A stretch of DNA of 62,362 bases, filler included, from 3 parts of 3 records of this genome joined end to end with filler, not necessarily neighbours in it; one strand, 5' to 3'; positions 21,539-32,808 are shown, numbered from the whole stretch's first letter. Notes: generated by a model not told the origin, from the sequence alone. Made by a program: numbers and translations.

Positions 21539-22936
21539 TTAACCATTCATCAGCAAGTGCACCCAAATACTGGCGCCGTAGCCCAGCGCGATGACTGGCG
21601 TCCATTTCAGGTGGCTGAAGAAGGTGTATTGGCCTCTTGCCTGGCCCATTAGGGCAACACCAGCGGCTGAACCGATAGAGAGCAAGCTACCACCGACCCC
21701 GGCGGTCAGGGTAACCAACAGCCACTGCGAGTGCGGCATATCGGGGCTCATGGTGAGTACGGCGAACATAACCGGGATGTTGTCGACGATGGCCGACATG
21801 ATACCCACCATGATATTAGCGCCGGTATTGCCCAGGCCGCCGTACACAAGGTCGGACGCGACGCTGAGGTAACCGATAAAGCCCAAGCCGCCCACGGCCA
21901 GAATAACGCCGTAGAAGAAGAACAGGGTATCCCATTCGGCGTGAGCGATTTTGGCAAACACGTCGAAGTTGTAGGGGTCGTCGGATGAGCCCGGCGGGTT
22001 CTCTGTTCCCTGATTCCAGTTTTTGGATTTTTGGCGAAGGTAATAGCCGTAGAACTTGAGGTAGGCCAGGCCGGTCATCATGCCGAACACCGGCGGGATG
22101 TGCAGGAAGTTGTGGAAGCTGATAGCAGTAACGATAGTCAGCAGGAACAGACCAACAATCACCAAGCCGCCATATTTCATTTGCACCTGGCTGCCGCCCG
22201 ATGCCGGGGGCGTGCCGCTGGGCAGGGCAAATTGCATGATGACGGCCGGCAACAGGAAGTTCACCGCACTGGGAACAAACAGCACAAAGAATTCTTTAAA
22301 TTCAATAACGCCTTTTTGCCACACCATCAACGTGGTGATGTCGCCAAAGGGGCTGAACGCGCCACCCGCATTGGCGCCCACCACGATGTTAATACAGGCA
22401 ATGGCCACGAACTTGGGCTGGCCAACGCCTACCGCCAACACCACCGCACACATAATTAATGCCGTGGTGAGGTTGTCGGCAATGGGCGAAATAAAGAAGG
22501 CCAGAATACCCGTTAGCCAAAACAGCGCGCGATAACTAAAGCCCCGCGCCACCAGCCAGTTGCGCAGCGCCTCAAATACACCGCGCTCCAGCATGGCGTT
22601 TATGTAGGTCATTGCTACCAGCAAAAAGAAGAATAGCTCGGCGTATTCCAGGAAGTTGTGGCGAATTGCCACCTCCACCTCGTGGGGCCGCCCGTTGCCG
22701 TTGTAGACCACGGCAATGAGCATCCAAATAATACCTGCAGCGAGCAGCACGGGTTTGGATTTGCGCAGGTGTATTTGCTCTTCCAGGATCACCAGCACAT
22801 ACGCGGCGACAAATACTGCAATGGCAACAAAGCCCACCCAGTGCTGGGTAAGGTCCATTGCGGTGGTATGCGCCTCTGACGCCTGCGCCGCAATAGCCGT
22901 TAGCCAGGCAATAGCAAACACTATTCCTCGTTTCAT
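21539..22936 (-). CDS. nhaD: Na+/H+ antiporter NhaD
   Basis: LRKSKPV, SPIADNLTTAL, GGAFSPFGDITT, SAIVDNIP and GGSLLSIGSAAGVA. Confidence 0.93.
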   Translation of the reverse strand: MKRGIVFAIAWLTAIAAQASEAHTTAMDLTQHWVGFVAIAVFVAAYVLVILEEQIHLRKSKPVLLAAGIIWMLIAVVYNGNGRPHEVEVAIRHNFLEYAELFFFLLVAMTYINAMLERGVFEALRNWLVARGFSYRALFWLTGILAFFISPIADNLTTALIMCAVVLAVGVGQPKFVAIACINIVVGANAGGAFSPFGDITTLMVWQKGVIEFKEFFVLFVPSAVNFLLPAVIMQFALPSGTPPASGGSQVQMKYGGLVIVGLFLLTIVTAISFHNFLHIPPVFGMMTGLAYLKFYGYYLRQKSKNWNQGTENPPGSSDDPYNFDVFAKIAHAEWDTLFFFYGVILAVGGLGFIGYLSVASDLVYGGLGNTGANIMVGIMSAIVDNIPVMFAVLTMSPDMPHSQWLLVTLTAGVGGSLLSIGSAAGVALMGQARGQYTFFSHLKWTPVIALGYGASIWVHLLMNG

Positions 22937-23447
22937 TAAGGTTCTCCCATATGGTGTAAAAATTCTGCTTGGAACGGGCCGTCGACCGAAAATGCGCGAT
23001 CGGGTATGTCGAGATGACGGGGCGTTCGCTCGCCGGTAACAAGGTGGACGTGACTCAGCGACACGGCGTGTGCGAGCCGAATAGGGGCACGAAAGGACAC
23101 AACTCAGGTTGAACCGGCGACAATCGCCGGGACTATACGCCTACTGTGGCGGACGCACTATTCGACTTTTGTACAAGGCGAAGGACTGCTGCGACAAACT
23201 GCACTGTTACGGCTGAAAAACTTGGCGCGGAAGGTAGCAGCTTTAGCAGGCTGCGCATTGATCTAGCGCAAGATCCGGCGTGAAAACCGGCTCAATTCGG
23301 CAACCACAATGCGCAGATGCGGATGCGCTGCTCAATGGAACTTTCTCAGCGCCCCGCTGACACAGCCCCAATAGCACCAACATATTGTTCGTTACTTGGG
23401 AGGCAGGTATCCACAAAAAATCGCCAGCGATAAGGAGAATAATCGTG

Positions 23448-25712
23448 ATGTCACTGCGACCAGCAACGCGCTTGATCGCCCTTCTATTCATTCCACTCCT
23501 CTTTTCCGGGCATACCCTTCACGCAGCACCGCCGACGACCAGTGATAGCTCGTCGGTCCTCGCAGAGTTACTTGAGAACGAGGGCGCCCGCAATGCGTTG
23601 ATTGAGCAGTTGCGCAATCCGTCCAAGGCAGTAAATACCAGCGACGCCCCCGGCAAAGAGCAAGCATCACCAGAAGACGATACATCGCCCTCAAACAGCG
23701 AGGTCAGCGATAGTAAAGACTCACTCGCCCGCCAGCTTGCAACATTAACCGCTGCCGCTGGCGAGAATTTCAAACAGCAGCTGGCTACCCTGGCAACAAG
23801 CGTCGAGGCGCTGACTGACAGCGACGACAAACACCGCGTCGATATGTCCGCTATTATTCGCGCCGCAAGCCAACTGGCCCTGCTGGCATTCGCGACATTC
23901 GCACTGTTTTTTATTCTGCATCGCGCCGCCAAGTCGCTGTTTGCTGGTATTGATGATTGGGCGGTGTGCGGGTCCCGCAAATTCGCCATGCTGAGAACCG
24001 TGGCCGCGGTAAGCGCCGCCGGGCTGGTGGATTTAGCGACGGTGTTGCTGGCCTATGCGTCGGGTCACGTTATTGCCTCACAGCTGTCTGTCGAGGCCGA
24101 CGCCGATAGCACTCGCCTTGCACTGTTTCTCAATGCGTTTTTGATCGTTGAGGGAATAAAACTGGTGCTGCGGGCGCTGTTTGCCAGTCGCTTTCCGGCT
24201 CTGCGGTTGTTGCCGCTTAACCAACGGCAAGCAAAGTACTGCAATCGGTTTTTCGCCAACATCACAGGCTTTACCGGCTACGGCATTATGGTGCTGGTGC
24301 CGATTGTGAACGCCAATGCCTCGGAGGCGCTCGGCAGCGCGCTGAGCACCAGCATTGTGCTGCTCGCTGCGCTGTATTACACCGCTACCGTTTTACTAAA
24401 CCGAAAACGCTTGCGAGACCAGCTATTCGGCAGGGCTGCCAACTACCAGGGCAGCCGCCGCATTGCCCTGCGTCTGCTGGCACGCAGCTGGCATTTACTG
24501 GCGCTGGCCTACGCCCTGGTGGTGGTCTTTACCAGTTTGCTGCGGCCCGAAAGCGCCCTGCCCTTTGTGGCACTCGCTACCTTGCAGACCGCCACATATG
24601 CCGGTCTGGGTGCATTGCTGCTCGTTGTTCTTCGCCAGTTGATCGGCAGGGAGGTGCGGCTTTCTGAGTCGATCAACGAGCAACTGCCCCACCTTCAAAA
24701 ACGCCTGAATACCTATATCCCCACCGGTTTACGAATACTGCGAGGGCTGGTGACCGCCGCAATTGTTGTGTGGTCACTCGACGCCTGGTCGGTGTTTGAC
24801 CTGGGCCAGTGGTATGCCACTGAAGTCGGCCGCAGCACGGTGTCATCGCTGGTTGATATTCTGCTCATACTCGCCCTGGCCGCAGGCTTGTGGATTGCAC
24901 TGGCCAGCTTTATCGAACACCGCCTTTCCCCCACGGGCATGGCCAATGCCGCACGCGCTGCCCGCGCAGAGACGCTACTTGGCCTGTTCCACACCTCACT
25001 TGCTGCGGTCATTATTGTGATGACAACTATGATCGTGCTGTCGGAAATTGGCGTGGACATCGGTCCACTGATCGCGGGTGCCGGGGTGCTCGGCCTGGCG
25101 GTCGGCTTTGGCGCGCAAAAACTTGTGCAGGACGTGATCAACGGCATATTTATACAACTGGAAAATGCCATGAACACCGGCGACTACGTGCACGCTGGCG
25201 GCCATGAAGGCACAGTTGAACGCGTGGGCATTCGCTCGGTTGCCTTGCGCGACCTGTTCGGCACCTACCATATTGTGCCCTTCTCGTCGGTCGATGCGGT
25301 GTCGAACTATACGCGCGACTTTGCTTACCACCTTGGCGAATACGGCATCGCCTATCGCGAGAATATCGACAAGGCCATCGAGCACTTGCAGGCGGCCTTT
25401 GAGGAGTTGGCAAGCGGTGAGCACAAGCAAGACATTCTCGAGCCAATGCAAGTGGCGGGCGTGTCGGCACTGGCCGACAGCTCGGTAAATATTCGCGTGT
25501 TGATTAAAACCGCGCCCGGTATGCAGTGGGCCGTTGGCCGCGCCTACAATCGCTTGGTGAAGATGCACTTTGACGACGCCGGTATTGAAATCCCCTTCCC
25601 GCATACCACCTTGTATTTTGGCGAGGACAAGAACGGCGACGCACCAGCCGCCAATGTGCGCTTAGCCAGTAGCGATGGTGATGTTGTGGCCAGCCAGGAT
25701 TCGGCGCGCTAG
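23448..25712 (+). CDS. Large MscS-family mechanosensitive channel (YbiO-like)
   Basis: Signal peptide and TM region, then AGAGVLGLAVGFGAQ.LV.D, G.VE..G.RS and GIEIPFP; AAGGAG RBS before 23448. Confidence 0.9.
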   Translation: MSLRPATRLIALLFIPLLFSGHTLHAAPPTTSDSSSVLAELLENEGARNALIEQLRNPSKAVNTSDAPGKEQASPEDDTSPSNSEVSDSKDSLARQLATLTAAAGENFKQQLATLATSVEALTDSDDKHRVDMSAIIRAASQLALLAFATFALFFILHRAAKSLFAGIDDWAVCGSRKFAMLRTVAAVSAAGLVDLATVLLAYASGHVIASQLSVEADADSTRLALFLNAFLIVEGIKLVLRALFASRFPALRLLPLNQRQAKYCNRFFANITGFTGYGIMVLVPIVNANASEALGSALSTSIVLLAALYYTATVLLNRKRLRDQLFGRAANYQGSRRIALRLLARSWHLLALAYALVVVFTSLLRPESALPFVALATLQTATYAGLGALLLVVLRQLIGREVRLSESINEQLPHLQKRLNTYIPTGLRILRGLVTAAIVVWSLDAWSVFDLGQWYATEVGRSTVSSLVDILLILALAAGLWIALASFIEHRLSPTGMANAARAARAETLLGLFHTSLAAVIIVMTTMIVLSEIGVDIGPLIAGAGVLGLAVGFGAQKLVQDVINGIFIQLENAMNTGDYVHAGGHEGTVERVGIRSVALRDLFGTYHIVPFSSVDAVSNYTRDFAYHLGEYGIAYRENIDKAIEHLQAAFEELASGEHKQDILEPMQVAGVSALADSSVNIRVLIKTAPGMQWAVGRAYNRLVKMHFDDAGIEIPFPHTTLYFGEDKNGDAPAANVRLASSDGDVVASQDSAR

Positions 25713-26767
25713 CCGCCGGCATTCATCACCAAGGCGACCAGCACAATTTGTGGCACCGTCAGCAGCGGCAAAAACAACGCCGCCTTCCAGCTGGCGGCGC
25801 GCTCCTTCATCACCATAATTTCGGTGTAGTCGGTGCTTGCGCCCGTCATTAAAAACGCAAAACTGTTTCCGGGGGCGTTCGCTCTGGTTAACAGGTCCGC
25901 CGCAATCGGCGTGGAGCCTTCGGAGCACACCTCGATAATCGTGGCTGCCACAATCGTTGCCCCCAGGCCCAATAAGCTCGGCCCGAAATAACTGGAAAAG
26001 ATATCCGCCGGCACAAAGCTCTTTAGGGCAACGGCAAGCACAATGCCAAACAACACCCAGCGCATCACCATACGCGACTCTTTTATGCCATCGACAAACA
26101 TGCTGAATACAAAGCGTTTATCAAAACGCGTGTCTCGCAAGCCAGCCTTTGCCTGCGACCAAAAGTCGAAATTTTCTGGCAGCGCAAGCGTGTTGGGGTT
26201 AGCGGGCAATACGCCGCGCCGCACCAAGGCATCAAACAAGCAGCCGCTAATCACGGCAATTAGCACCGATGCAAGAATGAACACCACCGTCCACTTCAGC
26301 CCGACCAGGGCGACCAATATCAAGGTGAGGGAAAAGGAGTTCCAGGGGCTGGCGATAAGAAAGGCCATCACTTGCCCCAGGCTGGCGCCGCGCTCATAGA
26401 GTTTGGCACCCACCATTAATATGCCGTGATTACACAGGTCGAGCAGCACGCCTGCCGCGGTGGCCCGAACAATGCCGGTGAAACCGCCACCGGCGCCCAA
26501 TACGCTTATTAAAAACTCTCGGGGTATACGCGTTAATAGCGAGAGCATCACTACCCCCAGAGCCATACCCCACCACATGGTATTCACCAGGTTTTCAGTG
26601 GCCTCCGCTGCGGTGTGCAGCCAAGAGGGCAGGGCGTCGCTGGCCACCAGCGCCAGCGCGTAAAGTACAGCGACAATTGCCATAGAGCCCCACAGCAACA
26701 CATCAAAGGACTGCTTGCTGTGGCAAGAGGGTGAATTATTGTGGTGGGAGGTATCGCAAGTAGACAT
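25709..26767 (-). CDS. Predicted permease (DUF318/ArsP-like)
   Basis: His/Cys-rich N-terminus, DLCNHG and EVCSEGS motifs; multi-TM. Confidence 0.78.
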   Translation of the reverse strand: MSTCDTSHHNNSPSCHSKQSFDVLLWGSMAIVAVLYALALVASDALPSWLHTAAEATENLVNTMWWGMALGVVMLSLLTRIPREFLISVLGAGGGFTGIVRATAAGVLLDLCNHGILMVGAKLYERGASLGQVMAFLIASPWNSFSLTLILVALVGLKWTVVFILASVLIAVISGCLFDALVRRGVLPANPNTLALPENFDFWSQAKAGLRDTRFDKRFVFSMFVDGIKESRMVMRWVLFGIVLAVALKSFVPADIFSSYFGPSLLGLGATIVAATIIEVCSEGSTPIAADLLTRANAPGNSFAFLMTGASTDYTEIMVMKERAASWKAALFLPLLTVPQIVLVALVMNAGG

Positions 26768-26826
26768 TCGGCGCTCCAATTCACTGCTCGCTCACAGTGA
26801 ATCAAAACCCCGGAGGCTCTGCAATG

Positions 26827-28017
26827 CTAGTCGTTTTGTTCAACCCAGACGCTGATCGCCAGTAGTAATACCGCGACCATCACATACGGCGCGGTGGCAT
26901 GAAAAGCATAAATAAACGTGCCCAACATAGGCCCGACGACCACGCCGACGCCCTGCGCCGCGGTGACCGTACCGGCAGCAGCGCCCTGCTCCTCTGAAGA
27001 AACCGAGTTTGCCGCCAGCGCCGACACCGAGGGATATACCCAGCCCATCCCAGCGGCCGCCAAACCAAAACACGCCCACAAGCCCCACACTGATTCAACC
27101 CACACACTGACCATAAAACCACAGGCCGACACCAGTGCCCCGATGCGGATTAGCCGCGCCGGCGGTTGGGATAATTTGCGCAAAATACTCTGCGAAATAA
27201 TTAACGCCACGCCCACCACCGTTAGCGCAATACCAGCCACCTGAGCGGCCTCGGGCGCGGGAAGTCCGAGCTGATCCAGGGCAAAAAAGCCCACCGTGAC
27301 CTGAGCAATAGAGACCGAAAATGCCGCAGAGAAGGCCACCACAATGGGGCGTCGCAGGCGACTATCCTGGAGCTTGGGGGCGCGCGTTACCGGCGCCGCC
27401 TGAGGCGGTTGCCGAGGAATACGCCACCACACCAGCACCAGCGCCAAGACGGGAAGAACCGCGGTCACGTACATGGGAAAACCCAGCCCGTAGGGCGCCA
27501 ACAAGCCGACGAAGCCCGGCCCGATTACCATGCCCGCGCCACTGGCTGCGCCGAGCAGTGCCATAGCTCCGGCGCGCTTATCCGGCTCGACATTGTCTGC
27601 AACCGTAGCGGCCGCTGTGGCCGGCACCGCGGCGTAGAACAGGCCCACCACCACCCGCCCGACAACCAGACCGAGAAAGGCCAGCATCGGCAGTAATTGG
27701 TGGCGCAGTGACAGGTCGATAAACAAGCACAGGCCAAAATAACTCACCGTAAAACCTGTTAGCCCGATCAACATAATCGGCCTGCGGCCGTGGCGGTCAC
27801 TCAGGCCGCCCCACCAGCGCGCGCACAGGATCCAGGTGAATCCCCCCATCGTCATGGCGGCGCCAATATGCCAGGGCTCAAGCGACAAAATACGCGCTAC
27901 TGGGCCCACCAGGGCAACAAAAGCCATGATCGCCAAGGTGCAGCTAAAGTTTTGAAACATCAACGGCGCAAGGCTGAAGGCCCTGACAGGTGACACAGCG
28001 GACGCGGGGTTTTCCAT
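26827..28017 (-). CDS. MFS transporter (TetA/DHA1-like)
   Basis: Motif A WGGLSDRHGRRP and G.VIGP motif C; about 12 TM segments. Confidence 0.9.
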   Translation of the reverse strand: MENPASAVSPVRAFSLAPLMFQNFSCTLAIMAFVALVGPVARILSLEPWHIGAAMTMGGFTWILCARWWGGLSDRHGRRPIMLIGLTGFTVSYFGLCLFIDLSLRHQLLPMLAFLGLVVGRVVVGLFYAAVPATAAATVADNVEPDKRAGAMALLGAASGAGMVIGPGFVGLLAPYGLGFPMYVTAVLPVLALVLVWWRIPRQPPQAAPVTRAPKLQDSRLRRPIVVAFSAAFSVSIAQVTVGFFALDQLGLPAPEAAQVAGIALTVVGVALIISQSILRKLSQPPARLIRIGALVSACGFMVSVWVESVWGLWACFGLAAAGMGWVYPSVSALAANSVSSEEQGAAAGTVTAAQGVGVVVGPMLGTFIYAFHATAPYVMVAVLLLAISVWVEQND

Positions 28018-28164
28018 AACGGAGCCCTTGGTAAATTAGAAACGGTAAAAACAGGCGGGGAGATGGTATCGGATTATCAACGAAAGGGCAGGACGCCTTT
28101 CTCACTCCGAGAGGGAAAATGAGATAAAGACCGCGCCAGCAGCCTTTATCTCCTGGAGGGATCG

Positions 28165-29796
28165 CTAGCTCTCATCCTGCCAGCGGAAGTCTTTGTAGTC
28201 CTCGCGAATGTCCTTCTTACTCAGCTTGCCGGTTGCAGTGTGCGGCAGAGAGTCAACGAATACGCAGTCTCCCGGAATCCACCACTTGGCGACTTTGTCT
28301 TCGAACCAAGCGAGCATTTCCGCCTTTTCCATTTGCTCGCCGTCTTTCAAAATCACTAACAGCAGTGGACGCTCTGTCCATTTCGGGTGAGGAATACCCA
28401 CCACGGCGGCCTCGGCAACTTTGGGGTGGTTAACGGCGCAATTCTCCAGCTCTATTGAACTGATCCATTCACCACCGGACTTGATAACGTCCTTCAAGCG
28501 ATCGGTGATTTGCATGTAGCCGTATTCGTCGAAGCAGGCGACATCGCCGGTTTCAAACCAGCCATCGTCGTCGAGGGTTTTACCGTCGTAGCCGTAATAG
28601 TCGTTGACGATCCACGGCCCCCGCACCTTGACGGCACCTGAACTCTCGCCATCCCACGGCAGCTCATTGTTGTCTGCGTCCACAACTTTGATATCCACAC
28701 CAAAAGAGGGCCGCCCCTGTTTTAGGCGAAGCTTCTTGCGCTGTTCATCACTGATACCGTCAAGCAGCGGAGGAATACCACCGTTGAAGGTTCCCAGCGG
28801 GTTCATTTCCGTCATGCCCCAGGCTTGCTGAACATCCACCCCGTACTGGTTTTGGAATTGTTCCATAATCATTTCCGGGCAAGCGGCACCGCCAACGGTG
28901 ACGCGATTCAGGCTATCGACCGATTTATTGGCTTTGGCCAGATAATCCAGCAGGGCCAGCCACACGGTGGGCACACCCGCCGAGCACGTAACTTGCTCTT
29001 CATTGATCAATGCACACAGTGTTTCACCGTCGCCCATTTTAGGGCCCGGCATCACCAGCTTCGCACCAACCATCGGGCAGCTGTATACCAAGCCCCAGCC
29101 ATTTACATGGAACATCGGCACAATGGGCATCACGATATCGCGCACCGACAAACTGAATACATCCGGTGCAATACTGGCCAGGCTATGCAAAACCGTAGAG
29201 CGGTGGGTGTACATCACCCCCTTTGGATTACCCGTGGTGCCGGAGGTATAACACAAGGCTGATGGCGTGGTTTCTTCCAGCTCCGGCCAGTCGAACTCGT
29301 CCTTCTCGGCAGCGATTAATTGTTCATAGCAATGCACATTGTTCAGGCTGGTGTCGGGCATATGTGCTTCATCGCTCAGCACGATATATCCCTTTACTGC
29401 AGGCAGTTTGTCTTGCAAGGGTTCCAGAACTTTCACCAACGTGGCGTCAACAAACACCCACTTATCCTTGGCGTGGTTAACGATGTAATCGATTTGCTCA
29501 GGGAAAAGTCGCGGATTGATGGTGTGGCAGATCATGCCACTGCAAGATAGCGCGTAGTATATTTCCAGGTGGCGATAGTCGTTCCATGCCAGCGTGGCGA
29601 GGGTATCGCCGGGCTGCGCTCCTAACGTTTGCAGGGCATTGGCAAGCTGGCGAACACGCTTGAATGCATCTTTGTAGGTATAGCGGTGACGTGGATTATC
29701 GGCGGTGACCGAAACAATCTCGGTCGCGCTATTCACACGCTCGGCGTGCTTCATAATTGACGTAATGGTGAGTTCGCTCATCATCATTGGGGTCAT
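28165..29796 (-). CDS. Fatty-acid--CoA ligase (AlkK/DmdB-like)
   Basis: [43 protein letters not shown] and TGK. Confidence 0.92.
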   Translation of the reverse strand: MTPMMMSELTITSIMKHAERVNSATEIVSVTADNPRHRYTYKDAFKRVRQLANALQTLGAQPGDTLATLAWNDYRHLEIYYALSCSGMICHTINPRLFPEQIDYIVNHAKDKWVFVDATLVKVLEPLQDKLPAVKGYIVLSDEAHMPDTSLNNVHCYEQLIAAEKDEFDWPELEETTPSALCYTSGTTGNPKGVMYTHRSTVLHSLASIAPDVFSLSVRDIVMPIVPMFHVNGWGLVYSCPMVGAKLVMPGPKMGDGETLCALINEEQVTCSAGVPTVWLALLDYLAKANKSVDSLNRVTVGGAACPEMIMEQFQNQYGVDVQQAWGMTEMNPLGTFNGGIPPLLDGISDEQRKKLRLKQGRPSFGVDIKVVDADNNELPWDGESSGAVKVRGPWIVNDYYGYDGKTLDDDGWFETGDVACFDEYGYMQITDRLKDVIKSGGEWISSIELENCAVNHPKVAEAAVVGIPHPKWTERPLLLVILKDGEQMEKAEMLAWFEDKVAKWWIPGDCVFVDSLPHTATGKLSKKDIREDYKDFRWQDES

Positions 29797-30031
29797 TATT
29801 ATTACTCTCCCTCATTTGAATTAGGCCAATACTAGCCCAGCTGCCTCTGCGAGGTGAACCACCTAAAGGGCGCTATTTCTATCGATTTGCGGACGAATCC
29901 CTCTCAGCCCAGACGCCACGGCGAGTAAGCTTTTCGTATTAAAATGAAAAAGTGGCTGATCAATACCCTGCTCGCTGCTATCTTGAAGTCAAGCCGCATG
30001 CAGATTCACCCTAATTGAGATTGTTGGACTG

Positions 30032-31468
30032 ATGGCTTTCGATATTAACGACAGCACGCTCCCCGCACCCACACCGGCCAGTCTGCTGCTGGCGGACCTG
30101 TTGCGTAGCGGTGAATTTGAAGTTCAGCAGCTAACGCAGATACTCGAGGGCACGCCTGGGCTTGCCGAAGATACGCTGAATTTTGTCAACTCCCCCATTT
30201 TCCAACCGAGGCGGCCGCACAGTGACGTTCATCGTCTCGCCGTGTTGCTTGGAGCAAGAACCGTCGCGGCGCTAAGCCTCGCCACAACCATCGCGCAAAG
30301 CTATGCAAAGGCAGGTACCCAAGGCCTGGACCAACATCACTTCTGGCTGCGGGTCATGCTCTGCGCCACCGCAGCACGTTTGCTGAGTGAGCTGGATAAA
30401 TCGCTTCCCGCTGAGGAGGCCATCATTGCTGCCAGTTTGCAAGACATCGGCATGCTCGTCATCGACCACTTGCTGCCGGCGTTTTATCCAACAAACACCG
30501 ACCAGGGCGACGATCACAACGCCATCGCAACGTGTGAGCGCAATGAATTCGGCATCGACCATTCGGCGCTGAGTCAGTCAATTTTAGAAAAATGGGGCTT
30601 ACCCGAAGCAATATGCAACGCCACCGGCCTGAGCCACCTCAATGAAGCGCCCTTGCGCAACAACCTGGCGGAGCAGCTGGGGTTTATCGCCAGGCTTGCG
30701 TCACTGGCCGCGGACCTGGCCTTTTCAAGCGACCCTGACGCCATCCTGCAACGCCTTCACTATCACTGTTTGAACGAACTGGAATGGCACAGTGGCCAAC
30801 TAACCATGCAGCTACACCTGTTTCGCAGTGCATACAGTGAGCTGCGCCCACTGGCTGACCGAATGAAAATTCCGGCCGCAGTATTTCAAAAAGCCGGACA
30901 GCACCTGAGAGAGGCGCTACAACCACGGCGCATTGAGAACGCCCTAAAGGCATCGGACGAGTTACCAAAACCAGACAAGCACAAAGCGCGTGATGTTAGC
31001 GAAGTTAGCGAATCTATCGACCCGATAACGGGGCTGTACAATCGCCATGCACTAACCTCGTTACTCCAAAACGAACTCAACCGCTGTGAATACGACCAGC
31101 AGGCACTGTCGGTATTTTTGGTTGGTATTCGCCACTATTCCGTCATACGGGAATGTATTTCTGAAGAGGACAATGTTGCCTTTCTGCAAGCGATCGCAAA
31201 GCGGGTCGACCGCCACTGCCGCCGTGACGATATCGTCGCACGTATCACCGACGCAGATTTTGTAGTGGTTTGCCCCAGTGCCGAAGCAGAAGCCTGCCCG
31301 GCAATATGCCAACGATTTATCAGTCAGATTGAAAGCGCTGCAGCAGACACTGAAAATGCCAGCCCCGATATCTACAGCGGCTATGTTTGCGTTCCCTACG
31401 AGCGCTCCCAAAGGAGCGCGTCAGTGGTGCTTTCGGAACTTAAGCAGAGCCTTCTCAGCTATGGATAG
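30032..31468 (+). CDS. HDOD domain plus degenerate GGDEF domain protein
   Basis: HDOD features (VNSP.F, FW, LQDIG, E...GIDH...WGLP); DPITGLYNR starts the GGDEF domain, but the A-site reads ITDADF. Confidence 0.85.
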   Translation: MAFDINDSTLPAPTPASLLLADLLRSGEFEVQQLTQILEGTPGLAEDTLNFVNSPIFQPRRPHSDVHRLAVLLGARTVAALSLATTIAQSYAKAGTQGLDQHHFWLRVMLCATAARLLSELDKSLPAEEAIIAASLQDIGMLVIDHLLPAFYPTNTDQGDDHNAIATCERNEFGIDHSALSQSILEKWGLPEAICNATGLSHLNEAPLRNNLAEQLGFIARLASLAADLAFSSDPDAILQRLHYHCLNELEWHSGQLTMQLHLFRSAYSELRPLADRMKIPAAVFQKAGQHLREALQPRRIENALKASDELPKPDKHKARDVSEVSESIDPITGLYNRHALTSLLQNELNRCEYDQQALSVFLVGIRHYSVIRECISEEDNVAFLQAIAKRVDRHCRRDDIVARITDADFVVVCPSAEAEACPAICQRFISQIESAAADTENASPDIYSGYVCVPYERSQRSASVVLSELKQSLLSYG

Positions 31469-31520
31469 ACCGCAACACCAACTAGTATTCCCCGGGTGTG
31501 GGCTCATGCCCACACACTAG

Positions 31521-31724
31521 TCACTGCAGTAATGGAATGCCCGAGCCCCCTCCGCAAAACGGCGTCGCGCTATTCGGGTCAAACACACCACAGATCGCAT
31601 CTTGACCGTCGGCTAAGCACTGTTGGGGATCCGACGCATCGTCGCAGAGTTCACCCAATAAATCCGAGGGATCGACCGGCAGTTCCGGCGGAGTACCCGG
31701 ATCACTGGAACCCCCGCAGAATGG
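31521..31724 (-). CDS. C-terminal fragment of a Cys/Pro/Asp-rich protein truncated by the contig end
   Basis: Open frame PFCGGSSDPG...LCDDASDPQQCLADGQDAICGVFDPNSATPFCGGGSGIPLLQ*; hairpin GTGTGGGC-TCAT-GCCCACAC just downstream (31496-31515). Confidence 0.55.
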   Translation of the reverse strand, partial: PFCGGSSDPGTPPELPVDPSDLLGELCDDASDPQQCLADGQDAICGVFDPNSATPFCGGGSGIPLLQ

Positions 31725-31725
31725 C

Positions 31726-31825
31726 NNNNNNNNNNNNNNNNNNNNNNNNNNNNNNNNNNNNNNNNNNNNTTAATTAATTAANNNNNNNNNNNNNNNNNNN
31801 NNNNNNNNNNNNNNNNNNNNNNNNN
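31726..31825. other. Artificial contig spacer
   Basis: N44-TTAATTAATTAA-N44 (stops in all six frames); gene content and style change across it. Confidence 0.99.
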
Positions 31826-32272
31826 GACTTTCGACCACTGCCAAGCTTCGTCGTTTTTCGGCAAAATGACACTTGACCAAGCATCTTGCCGGTTCAATGA
31901 ATGCCCGGAGAACTACCAGGAGGACTTCATGTTTAATGGGGACTGTCGCCTTTCGCTACTATTTCCCCGTCATTGACCGATTCCTTCGTGACACAACGCA
32001 GTTCATGACCGACTGGATAGACAGTCCTGGATTCTTGCACGTTGTCTTGCCCGGCAATTTGAGGACGCCGATGCAGATCTAATCCGCGAACGCCTGAACG
32101 AAGCAATCAATCTATGTGACTTTATGATCGAAAACGTGGTTGCCTTCAAAGACGATTGGGATCCACCGAGCGAGTTACTTGGATGCTGGAATACGCTTCG
32201 TGGTCAGTTGATAAAACTGCATACAGAATCATGCACCCTGGGGTTGGCTAAGTTGACTTGTCGTGGCCGTTA
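31826..32272 (+). pseudogene. Partial hypothetical gene with apparent frameshifts
   Basis: Protein-like segments lie in three successive frames: MTLDQASCRFNECPENYQEDFMF / MGTVAFRYYFPVIDRFLRD / SWILARCLARQFED...LCDFMIEN. Confidence 0.4.
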
Positions 32273-32286
32273 GAGAGATCAAGAAA

Positions 32287-32808
32287 ATGCACGCAGTGTA
32301 TCCAAGAGTTGCCCTTTTGTTGCTCGCATTTTATTGCGGCTGCAATGGAAATCATGGCTCGACCAGCCAGACTGTTACAACCAACAATATGGCGGAGAAG
32401 ACCGAAGCTCAATCACAAGCGGCGTACAGTGCAATCACGGTTCCCGAAATAGAACCAGGCTATTATCGCGAGGGCGATGATTACGAGCAGGTCTCAAGTG
32501 TTCTTGCAGAATCAGACGCCAGTATCATTCTTGATTACCATTCAGGGATCGAGTGGTACGACAAGAGTACAAAGAAGCGAGTCCGGCTGGACGACATCAA
32601 CGATGTCAAATCATTGCTGTCCCAAACCGAAGAGAGGCGCGTAGTGACAGTGTCGACAGGCAAAACTGCGTGGGACAAATACGATTTGTACATCGACAAG
32701 GTTGCAGAATTTGCTGATGAGCTAGGTTTCGACATTACTGTCGTGACCGACGACACAGCTCAAGGATTGATAATCTCAAACGTTATCCGCCATGACAACA
32801 AAGACTGA
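32287..32808 (+). CDS. Hypothetical exported protein / putative lipoprotein
   Basis: Hydrophobic N-terminus ending in YCGC, a low-complexity linker and an acidic globular domain. Confidence 0.65.
   Translation: MHAVYPRVALLLLAFYCGCNGNHGSTSQTVTTNNMAEKTEAQSQAAYSAITVPEIEPGYYREGDDYEQVSSVLAESDASIILDYHSGIEWYDKSTKKRVRLDDINDVKSLLSQTEERRVVTVSTGKTAWDKYDLYIDKVAEFADELGFDITVVTDDTAQGLIISNVIRHDNKD

Noticed and set aside
22937-23240. Long nhaD upstream region, considered as a Na+/Li+ riboswitch
   Set aside because: Small hairpins exist (e.g. CCGGCGA-CAA-TCGCCGG), but I could not match the nhaA-I, nhaA-II or DUF1646 consensus by eye; an Infernal search would be needed.
31770-31781. TTAATTAATTAA palindrome (also 52970-52981) and ORFs running into the N runs
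   Set aside because: Synthetic six-frame-stop linker, not biological.
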